Shown here one piece after another: positions 52,083 to 61,073 of a stretch of 64,000 nucleotides of DNA. This DNA comes from Candidatus Zestomicrobium tamdykulense (GTDB taxonomy: Archaea > Thermoproteota > Thermoprotei_A > Sulfolobales > NBVN01). Location of the stretch: the NCBI GenBank assembly GCA_039889305.1, contig JAVVFV010000002.1, positions 6,401 through 70,400 of the forward strand, written 5' to 3'. Every line of letters begins with the position of its first letter. Position 1 is the stretch's first letter. The position numbers and the translations under genes are program-made. Below the pieces are notes generated by a model that worked only from the letters and a program-made list of their open reading frames with translations, was not told the origin of the DNA and did not search any database.

Positions 52083-53177
52083 ATGAAGTTGATAGAACCT
52101 GAATTCCTTGAAACACTCTACAAAATAAGAACTGTTGGTAAGTATCAGATAGTTAAAGAACTAGCTAAGATATTAGGTGAAGACGTTAGATCAGTACTTT
52201 ATAAAATAAACATATTACTGAAAGGTAAGTATTTTAAGTTCTCAATCGATTACTCGTTAAGTGAGTTAGGTCTTAAACTATTAGTCATAATAACTAATAA
52301 GAATCTTATAAGGGAGGAGTCCACAACTAAGTTTATGAAGTTCGTTAAAGCAATAGCTTATGTTTTTCCTAATAAACATTTCTACTCTCTCTACATGCCC
52401 TTAAATATGCAGGAATTACCACAACCACTAAAGATTGATAACGAAACTGTAGTAATAGAACTTCATGAAAGATTAAGAAATAAGACCTCCTTCACGACTT
52501 ACAGTATAGAATCGGTATTTTCTCCTGAAAAGGGATTTAGCAAGGAATCTTTTAACAAGTTAGAAGGAACTATAAAAAATGCAATTAGTAATCTAGATAG
52601 AAGGAAGGTTTATATTGAAGATGAAGAAAAGATTACGTTTGATGCGATAGATTTGGGTATTATTAAGGAATTAGAGAAGAATGCGTTTGTTAAGCAGGTT
52701 GATATAGCTAGAGCTTTAGGGATTTCTATAGGTAAGCTTAGGAGGCACGCTAAGCTGCATGTGCCTTATTTAATTAAGGGTATCAGGTTGATGGACATGC
52801 CTCTATACCCTGAAGCTTTAGAGACCTCATTATTTGTATTGATCAAGTCTAGTAGTCCAAATATTGTCAGAAGTTTGTGTGAGGCTTTAGTAACTCATCC
52901 TACGGTGGTTTCTTGTGCTCACAGGAATGATGTTGGTTTAGGTATGGTTCAATTTGTTATTCCTTTCTCTATGGTTCAGTTTGTTGTTGAGTTTCTTGAG
53001 AAGGTTGGTTTAGAGTATGGTTTTGAGGTTTCTAGGGATATGTTATGGCTTGCTAATATTGAATTTAGTAGGAGGTTTACTTTGCCTTATAAGCGGTGGG
53101 AGGAGTATGTTCCTAAGATGTCTTGGAATATTGATGAGTTGAGGAGGTTTTTCAGTGGTTTCGGAGAGACGAGTTAG
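52083..53177 (+). CDS. Protein with two tandem Lrp/AsnC-like wHTH modules (putative transcription regulator)
   Basis: Module 1: YQIVKELAKILGEDVRSVLYKINILL. Module 2: DAIDLGIIKELEKNAFVKQVDIARALGISIGKLRRHAKL. Each is followed by a beta-rich segment. No closer family was recognised. Confidence 0.45.
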   Translation: MKLIEPEFLETLYKIRTVGKYQIVKELAKILGEDVRSVLYKINILLKGKYFKFSIDYSLSELGLKLLVIITNKNLIREESTTKFMKFVKAIAYVFPNKHFYSLYMPLNMQELPQPLKIDNETVVIELHERLRNKTSFTTYSIESVFSPEKGFSKESFNKLEGTIKNAISNLDRRKVYIEDEEKITFDAIDLGIIKELEKNAFVKQVDIARALGISIGKLRRHAKLHVPYLIKGIRLMDMPLYPEALETSLFVLIKSSSPNIVRSLCEALVTHPTVVSCAHRNDVGLGMVQFVIPFSMVQFVVEFLEKVGLEYGFEVSRDMLWLANIEFSRRFTLPYKRWEEYVPKMSWNIDELRRFFSGFGETS

Positions 53178-53574
53178 GGATTGTGTTTCTGGGTTTAGTT
53201 TTGATGCTGCTCATTATAGTTTGGTTGAGGGAGAGTTACTATTGCATGGGCATACATTCGTTGTTGAGGTGTGTGTTGAGGGTTTTTTGAGGGGTTCTTG
53301 GGTTGTGGATTTTATTGAGTTAAGGAAGATTGTTGAGGAGATTGTTAAGGATCTTAATTACTCTTTCCTAGTTCCTGCAGGAGATGCTGCTAGTATTCGT
53401 TTTGAGGCTCCTTTTAAGTGTAAGCAGAAGCTCCTTAACTGCGTTATGGTTACTGCTGAGTGCTTAGGTAACTACTTATGTAGTGAGTTAAGAAAAACCT
53501 ACAAGGAGAAAGATCTAAGAATTTTAGTTAGTGTTAGGGAAGGTGTTGACAATAAAGCAATCGTGGAGTGTTAG
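53155..53574 (+). CDS. 6-pyruvoyl-tetrahydropterin synthase / QueD-family protein
   Basis: FSFDAAHYS..LHGHTFVVEVCVEG..VVDFIELRK. The start is uncertain; it overlaps the upstream gene by 23 nt. Confidence 0.7.
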   Translation: MVSERRVRDCVSGFSFDAAHYSLVEGELLLHGHTFVVEVCVEGFLRGSWVVDFIELRKIVEEIVKDLNYSFLVPAGDAASIRFEAPFKCKQKLLNCVMVTAECLGNYLCSELRKTYKEKDLRILVSVREGVDNKAIVEC

Positions 53575-53716
53575 TCGTGACTCATGAACTTTACTTTATT
53601 AAAAAGTTATTGATCTGTATGACTTATTACTTAGTTTATTCACGTAGATATATCAAATACAGCGTTTATTCCATTACTTTCAACTATTTTAACCTACGAC
53701 TGCAATATTAAAAGAA

Positions 53717-54074
53717 GTGATTTCCGTGACTCCACAATCTTCGAGAGTGAATAAGGATGAGCTAGTTTCATATATTAAGTCTTATTCTTCTAGAATCATG
53801 CCAGGACTTCTCAACATCTTAAACAGATTTTTATTACGCGATATAATAGTGATGTAGTGCTCTTATTTTTGATGATCCGAGGAAGGTTTATGAGGCTTTG
53901 CTTAGCTTATACGGTAGTGAAGATACTGTTACTCTCATAATAAGTTACTTATTAATCAAGCCTATACTGATAAGACTTGGGAGACTAGACTTAACAGATA
54001 AAGCTATTATGCTTGCTATTGAGAATCCTGAAGAGTTTAAGGAATTCCTGAAGTCTCTTAATGTTGACTTATGA
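53717..54074 (+). pseudogene. Hypothetical gene apparently split by a frameshift (46-codon and about 72-codon pieces)
   Basis: Piece 1, from GTG 53717: VISVTPQSSRVNKDELVSYIKSYSSRIMPGLLNILNRFLLRDIIVM*. Piece 2, in the +1 frame from 53859: ALIFDDPRKVYEALLSLYGSEDTVTLIISYLLIKPILIRLGRLDLTDKAIMLAIENPEEFKEFLKSLNVDL*. Piece 2 has no start codon near its 5' end. Confidence 0.3.
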
Positions 54075-54159
54075 TTCTCGACTTAATTGCTTATTGTGTT
54101 CGTTGACTCATACTTTGTGTGGACTTAATTATTTTAGGTGCTTGGCTGACTCAGCTATC

Positions 54160-54790
54160 TTATATGAGTTCCGACACTACGAACATGGTTGTCACGACTA
54201 ACGTGAGTATAGATATGTACTTCAGTGATTTTATGGCACATCCTTCTATGGCTTTACTCATTATTACTGAAGTAATCCCTATCAGGAAGAGTACTGAGAC
54301 GTAGTAGGCTGACTTAAGCAAGTCCATGCTTACCTGACCAGCAAAGATAGGTACGCCTCCAGCACTACCCCCCATAAAAGCAATAAGTTTTAGAGTCACT
54401 ACCGCTGAGAAAGCATACGCTATTACTGAGAGAACTAAAACCAGCTTATACTCATACAGCTTACTCTTCCTAAGTCCACCTAACTTAGTTAGCTCCCTCA
54501 AATACTTCTCATCCTGACTCAAAACCTCTAAGTACCTGCCACCAGACTTCATAGCTTGTGAGATTAAAGTGAAGACTAACCTAGCCTCCTTAGGCAGTCC
54601 GGAGTCACTATAGCTTCAGTTCTCAGAGGATCTTCACCGTTAGATACTAGGTACGCGTAAGTCTCAAGATACTCGGAAGCCAGAGAACAAACTCAGCAGT
54701 CCTCCTAAGAGCATCGATTATTAGAACACCCGCCATAGCGTGAGACATAAAAACACTCATCAAATCACCTAACTGATTCTTAAATCTCTC
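54160..54790 (-). pseudogene. Frameshifted, 5'-truncated T2SSF-domain (TadC/FlaJ-like) pilus/archaellum membrane-platform gene
   Basis: The ORF-track 130-aa C-terminal piece (54160-54552, TM-rich) continues upstream without a start into PKEARLVFTLISQA. Two further pieces lie in other frames: EYLETYAYLVSNGEDPLRTEAIVTPD and ERFKNQLGDLMSVFMSHAMAGVLIIDALRRTAE, which fits the F..QLpD.l..l...l.aG.sl..AL pattern. Confidence 0.5.
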
Positions 54791-54798
54791 TATCTTCC

Positions 54799-55245
54799 TT
54801 AATCATTATCTATCCTTACGAGCTCTTCTAAAGCTCTTGAAGCGCCTAACACACTTTTAGCTTCCATCCAGTGACCGAGAAGCATAACATCAATAAGAGT
54901 CACAAGTTCCTAGAAGAAGTTCCTCCCACTTATCATAAAAACCGTTCCTAAAGAATAGAGGAACACTATAGATATAGCAGTACCAACAAGAGTCATCATT
55001 CCAGGTCTTCTAACTTTAACCTCTTGACTTAAACCTTTCAGGAATGGCCATCCACCATAAAAGTAAATAATAACCGACAAGAAAGACACAACTAATTTTT
55101 GATGCAGAATCTGCAACTATTGAAGATTAAACCACTCCTGAATCATTTCCGAAAACAACAAAACCGGTATTGTTAGGAGGAGAGAAACCCACAATCTTCT
55201 TTTAAATTCTTCTACGTGATGAGCATGATGGTATATGTGAGTCAC
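54799..55245 (-). pseudogene. Remnant of a heavy-metal (P1B-type) P-type ATPase: N-terminal membrane part only, with two in-frame TAG stops
   Basis: Hand translation: [146 protein letters not shown]. This is the typical CopA-like TM1-4 string (fyGG.pF, MdtLva, FFE....i....lG..lE). The actuator, phosphorylation and nucleotide-binding domains are absent. Confidence 0.6.
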
Positions 55246-55501
55246 GAACTCTCACTAGTTTTAAAGTAAATCTAGAATCTTCTTAAAAACTTTTCCTATC
55301 AAGTTAGGGAGTAAATAGTATTTTGAAACTCAGATGGAGATTAGGAGAACATCAAGTACTTAGCTGGGAACTAATCCCTGAGATGCTAACACGAAAAGAT
55401 TAGAATTAATATCTAAACAAACAGCAAACCACGACTTTTCTCATATCAGGGCTATACTAAGAAAGTGTGTCGAAGTAGTTATGAATGCTTGAGTCTGTAG
55501 T

Positions 55502-56200
55502 TCACGAATACGTTGTTTGAAACGGAATTAGGGTGGTTAAGTCAATTATTTTGTCTTTAAAGTTCTTCTTTATTATTTCTCCAGCTAAGTCATATATTTT
55601 TCTTGCTCTGCTTATTACTACGTAATCGCTTGAAGCTATTATTCCATCCCCACCAATAACTCTCATGTCAGCTTTATCCGCTAATACAACTTCTGCCAAG
55701 TCTCTCATAAAGTTCTTTATTTTGTCTGCGTGATGCGCCGAATAACTAACGTTCTTATCAAGAACTATCGTTACTGAACTAGGGGTTAGGTCAAGTAGCT
55801 CTTTCTTAAGAAGTTCTATGGTGTCTTCAAGCGTCTTTAAGTCTATTCCCTTCCTATAAGATTTTCTTAAATCTCTGATAAACCCGTCATCACATAAGAA
55901 AACCTCCATACCTTCCATAACTGTATGGAGAGTCAGCAAAACGTTGTATCCGTCTATGATGAGTGGGTATTGTTTAACATCCTTAACACACTTACTCCTT
56001 ATTACCTCAACGTCTTGAGAACTATGAACACATCTAAGGAGCAGAATTCTCTCAATAATGCTTAAACCATACCTAGAAGTGACTAGATCTAACACTACCT
56101 TCTGCCTATAACCCCTACTCAGTAAGTATTTGTAATCTTTGGATGCTTCAACAACTTCTTTCCTAACAGAAAACAATTTATCTGCCCTGAAATTCATCAA
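55502..56200 (-). CDS. DUF434-like protein with a C-terminal PIN/NYN-like domain (hypothetical)
   Basis: KDYKYLLSRGYRQKVVLDLVTSRYGLSIIERILLLRCV resembles the DUF434 signature (LL.RGY....l.lV..rY.L....R..L.R). The C-terminal half runs ..LIIDGYNVL..VTIVLD... Its start overlaps the alaS 3' end. Confidence 0.4.
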   Translation of the reverse strand: MMNFRADKLFSVRKEVVEASKDYKYLLSRGYRQKVVLDLVTSRYGLSIIERILLLRCVHSSQDVEVIRSKCVKDVKQYPLIIDGYNVLLTLHTVMEGMEVFLCDDGFIRDLRKSYRKGIDLKTLEDTIELLKKELLDLTPSSVTIVLDKNVSYSAHHADKIKNFMRDLAEVVLADKADMRVIGGDGIIASSDYVVISRARKIYDLAGEIIKKNFKDKIIDLTTLIPFQTTYS

Positions 56201-58940
56201 TTATCTTGAAAATAAGTTTTCTTACTTCCTCCACGTTACTGGTTTCTAGGTAACCGGTAGCGTGTTGATTCCCGCCTCCACCACGTCCTCCAGTAAGTGA
56301 TGTAAGCTCAATCAATAACTTGCTTGCTGTTAGTATGGTGGATGCTTTAAGTCCTTCAGAGATCTCGATATCAAGTCCTCCAGCACTCCTAGGAGTTAAG
56401 ACAACCAGTATTAGGTCTGTGTATTGCTGGCTGAAATCCTTTAGAACATCTCTCAATGCATCATTATCTACTAGGTCTAAGTAGATAATCGATACCTTCA
56501 AATCCTTGACTTGCTTAATTGATGACTCAATAAGCTTAACTAAATCCCTAACATAGTACTTCCTGAACATAGCTATTCTGGATCTCAAGTCCTGCAGCTC
56601 CTTAACTACTGTCTGAAGTCTTAAGGTGAGGTCGCCACCTATCAGCTTCTCAGCACTCTTTATCTTGCTTTCTAACTCCCTAGCATACATGCTGACTTGA
56701 GTACCAGCAACGTACTCAAGCCTAACCACGCCGTCAGCTATCTTCTCGGTCTTCACTATCTTTAGAGCACCTATCTCTCTAGTATTACTTAGGTGCGTCC
56801 CGAAACAAGCCTCAGCATCTAAGCCGTCAATCTCAACAACTCTTATGATAGGTTCTAGAACTACACCACCCTCATACAGGACGAACCCATACTTCCCTTC
56901 AGCCTCATACTTAGGCATGAAGTAAGTCCTGACCTCCCTACCCTCAAGCACGACCTTATTAGCTAGGTCCTCAATAGCTCTCACCTCATCGTCTGTGAGA
57001 GCCTTGTAGTGAGTTATGTCTAGCCTAGCTCTATCCTCAGTCTTCTCAGCACCAGCCTGCCACACGTGAGACCCAAAGATCTTCCTAGCAGCACCAAGAA
57101 TCACGTGCGTCGCTGTGTGATGCCTCATTAACTTATACCTTCTCTCCCAATCAATAACTCCCCTAACCACACTACCAACTACGTGCTCAGGCATGAGCTT
57201 CTCAAGCTTATGCAGGATAACCCCATCTACTTTCTGCGTATCAACGACTCTATACGTGTCCTCACCCAAGAACAAGTAACCCGTATCGGGTTCCTGACCA
57301 CCACCCTCAGGATAAAACACTGTCTCCTCCAGCACCACATACTCACCCACAACCTTAACCACGCGTGAAGTGAATTCCCTCAGGTAGGGATTCTCGTGGA
57401 ATAACTGCTTAGTAGGCTTCAAACCCCTCACAGCTTCAGCAACCTCAGCAGGAACTTTCACTTTCTCTTCCTTAAGTATTGGAGCTCTCGAATGCTTAGC
57501 AGCTAACTTATTATAGAAATCACCAGGAACAATAACCTCTACCCCCTCCCTCCTACCTATCTCAGCAACCACTTCCGGCGGGACCCCGTGACTATCGTAG
57601 AGTTCTATTAACTCATCCAAACTAAGTCCCTGAGCACTCCTCCTCAAATATTTCCTGACTAACGAAGGCGCTCTACCTAAAACATCAAGATACTTACTTA
57701 CCTCATACCTCAAAACATCCTCAACATAACCTTCCTTACCCCTCAGCTGCTCATACATGTCCTCCCAAAACTTAATCTGCTTATCAAAAAGCACGTAAGC
57801 CTCACTTAAGTCAAAACCTAAATGCGTTAAGAGTCTGAAAATTCTCCTTAATACAAGCCTCGCTAAATACCCCTCACCACTATTTGACGGGACAACCCCG
57901 TCAGCAAGCATCAGAGAAGCTGTCTTAACGTGATCTAGCAAAGCATAAACTTTTATCACCCTATCAAGAGTAAACCCTAGCTCATCAACACCTAACCCAA
58001 GCTCTCTTGAGACCTCATTCTTCAACTTAGTATAGAGTACCTCATTCTTCGGATTCAACCTACCAACATACTTAACACTCACTCTCAAGACTTCCTCAGG
58101 AGGTTCCTCAACCCCGAGTATCTTGTGGTAATCACTTACTAGATTACCGTAAATAGCGTGGAAAGCCGTAGGAGTCTTCTGAGTAAGCCACGCTATCCTC
58201 TCTATCCCGTACCCCGTATCAACTATCTTGAGAGGTATTTCCCTATAGGTACCGTCCTGCAGAGTCTCATACATCATGAAGACTAGAGTAGCTACTTCTA
58301 AACCCCCTACAGCTACTTCAAAACAAGGACCTGCGTTACCCCCACCCTCCCACCAAGACTCCTTAAAAACCAGCTCCTCCTCAGGAACACCGATGACTCT
58401 CGTAAAGAATTCTTTAGCGTACTCCACAGTCTCGTGAGTGAAGTACACGTACTTATCAGGATAGTTGAAAGCGTGGTGACCACCCATTATAAAGTTAGTT
58501 AAGTGCCTACCGAAAGTATACCCAACACTATCAATATCTTCAAGTCTTATACTTGGCTGAGCTATCACTAGAGGATTAGCTGGCGGCGGAACCAAACCCG
58601 AAGTTACGTGAGGCTGGAAAACAACGATCGAAGCTATAGTTAAGTATAGGTCGTCCCTCCACCTAGCCACGACCGGGTAAGGCTTAATAACTTCATGCCC
58701 AAGCCTCTCAAAAAAATCAAGAAACTTATCACGAACCTCCCTAACCGTTAGCGGTCCTGAACCAATCCTTAAGTCAAAGAATGTGTAGTCAGCACACGGA
58801 GCATCATTACAGTTACTTCTATAAACCCTAGACCAGAAATCAGCCCCACACACACTACATTTCAGCCTAACATAGTTTTCTTTCTCAAACATCTTAACCC
58901 TATAAATATCTGGCCTCACCACAGGCAACCAACTCACCAA
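56178..58940 (-). CDS. alaS: Alanine--tRNA ligase
   Basis: N-terminal zinc motif CSVCGADFW, class-II core, editing-domain HHTATHVILGAARKIFGSHVWQAGA, and a C-terminal DHHA1-like GGRGGGG. The likely start is the internal ATG at 58892 (MFEKENY). Confidence 0.95.
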   Translation of the reverse strand: MVSWLPVVRPDIYRVKMFEKENYVRLKCSVCGADFWSRVYRSNCNDAPCADYTFFDLRIGSGPLTVREVRDKFLDFFERLGHEVIKPYPVVARWRDDLYLTIASIVVFQPHVTSGLVPPPANPLVIAQPSIRLEDIDSVGYTFGRHLTNFIMGGHHAFNYPDKYVYFTHETVEYAKEFFTRVIGVPEEELVFKESWWEGGGNAGPCFEVAVGGLEVATLVFMMYETLQDGTYREIPLKIVDTGYGIERIAWLTQKTPTAFHAIYGNLVSDYHKILGVEEPPEEVLRVSVKYVGRLNPKNEVLYTKLKNEVSRELGLGVDELGFTLDRVIKVYALLDHVKTASLMLADGVVPSNSGEGYLARLVLRRIFRLLTHLGFDLSEAYVLFDKQIKFWEDMYEQLRGKEGYVEDVLRYEVSKYLDVLGRAPSLVRKYLRRSAQGLSLDELIELYDSHGVPPEVVAEIGRREGVEVIVPGDFYNKLAAKHSRAPILKEEKVKVPAEVAEAVRGLKPTKQLFHENPYLREFTSRVVKVVGEYVVLEETVFYPEGGGQEPDTGYLFLGEDTYRVVDTQKVDGVILHKLEKLMPEHVVGSVVRGVIDWERRYKLMRHHTATHVILGAARKIFGSHVWQAGAEKTEDRARLDITHYKALTDDEVRAIEDLANKVVLEGREVRTYFMPKYEAEGKYGFVLYEGGVVLEPIIRVVEIDGLDAEACFGTHLSNTREIGALKIVKTEKIADGVVRLEYVAGTQVSMYARELESKIKSAEKLIGGDLTLRLQTVVKELQDLRSRIAMFRKYYVRDLVKLIESSIKQVKDLKVSIIYLDLVDNDALRDVLKDFSQQYTDLILVVLTPRSAGGLDIEISEGLKASTILTASKLLIELTSLTGGRGGGGNQHATGYLETSNVEEVRKLIFKIIDEFQGR

Positions 58941-59340
58941 TCTAAATTAGAAAATAATGTCAAGGTAATAAAGTCTTATCAAAAATCAGTAAAGATCACA
59001 CACATTTTATTTAGTACAGAATACTTCATCATAATTGCTTACGTCAAAATAATCAAGTATGTTAGAACACGTGAAATACTCCCAAAGAAATTAACCTTAC
59101 TATTACGTAATTTCTATCGTGTAGAGCTTCCGCTAGGTGTGCTGGACGCTGCTGAATATGACGTAGATTAAATGCTAGGAAAAACTAACTTAGTAGTATA
59201 TCGGGTGAAACTACTCAACTCTCAGGTATGTTGAGAGACCGATATACCTCAACACAAAATACGTGTATGAGAATAGATAAGAAAACCTAGTCAGGATCCA
59301 TAATTATGAGGAAGAAATCTACGTGTTTAACTTCTGCTTC

Positions 59341-60429
59341 CTAACCGAAAAGTGAAGAAATTCCTTCAGCTATTTCTTCTTCACTTACTTCTTTTTCTTT
59401 CTCTTCTTCAGTTTCTTCTTCTTTCTCAGTAGGTTTCTTAACTTCTTGAGGTGGTTGGGTAGTTGTTACTGGTTGAGCAGTTACAGGTATGTTGAGTTCT
59501 GGGTGTTTCTGCATTAGAGCTATCGCTAGTGCTTGTGCTTTGTTAATAGCTCTCCCGAGTATTAGGTGGGTGTTTTCAGGAGTAACGTAAGCGATTTCGC
59601 AAGCTAGGTTAATGGCTTTTGTATAAGCCCTAATAATTATTTCAGGCATTACTTCAGGAAGAGGTAATGCGGTCTCAACAGCTAATATTCGTGAGGTCTG
59701 AAGAGCTGCTAGGAGTTCCTTCTTGAAGCTCTCAATATCTAGCTTCAGCTTATCAGCAGGAATAACTACTCCCTTATCTAATACTGCCTTTATAGAGAGC
59801 TTAACCGGGTAAGCTTTTATTTCCAGCTTTCTAAGTAGAGACGCTAGTTCAGGCGAAATTACGTCACCAGCCGAAGCAACTTTAGACTCCTTAGCAATCC
59901 ATATGATTCCCTCCCTCACCATAGTTCTGATCTTCAACTTACCGAAAACAGACATCATAGGACCCGGAGGTATTCCCGTAGGACCTTCCGGAACATATAT
60001 ATCAGCAGGTGCTTTCTCCCCAGGCTTAACATACCTCAAAACTACAATCCTATCTACTAGGTTAGCAAGCATGAACGCGTTGAGGTTGGTAAATATGAAT
60101 AAGTTAGGTCCTGTAAGGTAGTTGAGGAACTCCTCAAGACTTGGTAGACCTAACTCCCTCAAAGCTCTCGTAACGATAGTGTTTTTAAGTACCTTAACAA
60201 CACCGTAACTACTTAAGCTCTTCTTAATCTCCGCAAGCTCCCTCGCTGAAACTCCTTCAAGACTCACCACACCTAAAGTCTTGTATGTGGTTAGCAACTT
60301 CTTAATTTCGTTAACTACGGCTCCTTTCTCAATTATGGATTTTCTCGTAGCTACTCTATAACTCTTTTTAGCTGCCTGAATATCTTCTATTATTTTGAGT
60401 AACTTATTCTTGGTTGAACTCTTCATCAC
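59341..60429 (-). CDS. rpl10: 50S ribosomal protein L10 / acidic stalk protein P0 (uL10)
   Basis: Follows L1. Glu/Lys-rich C-terminus ending EEEIAEGISSLFG, the stalk tail. Confidence 0.9.
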   Translation of the reverse strand: MMKSSTKNKLLKIIEDIQAAKKSYRVATRKSIIEKGAVVNEIKKLLTTYKTLGVVSLEGVSARELAEIKKSLSSYGVVKVLKNTIVTRALRELGLPSLEEFLNYLTGPNLFIFTNLNAFMLANLVDRIVVLRYVKPGEKAPADIYVPEGPTGIPPGPMMSVFGKLKIRTMVREGIIWIAKESKVASAGDVISPELASLLRKLEIKAYPVKLSIKAVLDKGVVIPADKLKLDIESFKKELLAALQTSRILAVETALPLPEVMPEIIIRAYTKAINLACEIAYVTPENTHLILGRAINKAQALAIALMQKHPELNIPVTAQPVTTTQPPQEVKKPTEKEEETEEEKEKEVSEEEIAEGISSLFG

Positions 60430-61073
60430 ATACTCACCTCGACAGCAGGTCCCATAGTCGTCTTGAAGTATATCTTAGCTGTAGTTTCTAACGGCTTAGT
60501 ATACTTAGACTTGATGAAGTTGAGTACCGCTACAGCGTTCTCTACCAGGTGTTCTAGCGGCATGTCCTCACTACCTATCCTGCAACCAACCCATGCCTGC
60601 TCTTTATTTCGGATCTTCGTGGAATTAGCGTACTTACTAACTAGTGCTTTCAGGTTGGCTGTTGCCGGGATAGGTATGGGGAATTTACCTCTAGGACCTA
60701 GAGCTGGTCCTAAAACCCTACCTACTTGAGTCATTAGGTCCGGCTGAACCAAGAAGACATCATACTTCCTACTAAGTTTCTTCGCATCACGCTTAGATAG
60801 ATTCTTTAAGTCTTCAGGCGTTAAGACATCAATCCCTAACTCTTTAGCTTGCAGTTGAAGATTACCTGAAGCTATAACTAAGACTTTAGTTTCTTTCCCA
60901 GAACCCCTAGGAAGGAGCACGAAATCCCTGAACTTGACTTCAGAACTCTTTGGGTCAGCCCCCTTAAAAACCACTACTAACTCAACAGACTGCTTAAAAT
61001 TACGTCTCTTACCTAGCTCTAGAGCCGTTCTAAGAGCTTCAGCTAACTTATCTTCACTTACCACTACCCTCAC
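60426..61073 (-). CDS. rpl1: 50S ribosomal protein L1 (uL1)
   Basis: NFKQSVELVVVFKG..GKETKVLV; operon order; 4-nt overlap with L10. Confidence 0.9.
   Translation of the reverse strand: MRVVVSEDKLAEALRTALELGKRRNFKQSVELVVVFKGADPKSSEVKFRDFVLLPRGSGKETKVLVIASGNLQLQAKELGIDVLTPEDLKNLSKRDAKKLSRKYDVFLVQPDLMTQVGRVLGPALGPRGKFPIPIPATANLKALVSKYANSTKIRNKEQAWVGCRIGSEDMPLEHLVENAVAVLNFIKSKYTKPLETTAKIYFKTTMGPAVEVSM

Noticed and set aside
54910-55119. Two in-frame TAG codons in the P-type ATPase fragment, considered as possible pyrrolysine or read-through sites.
   Set aside because: The gene is also truncated after about 150 residues and fused to another pseudogene. No Pyl machinery is visible, and Pyl decoding is not known in Crenarchaeota. 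Decay is the simpler explanation.
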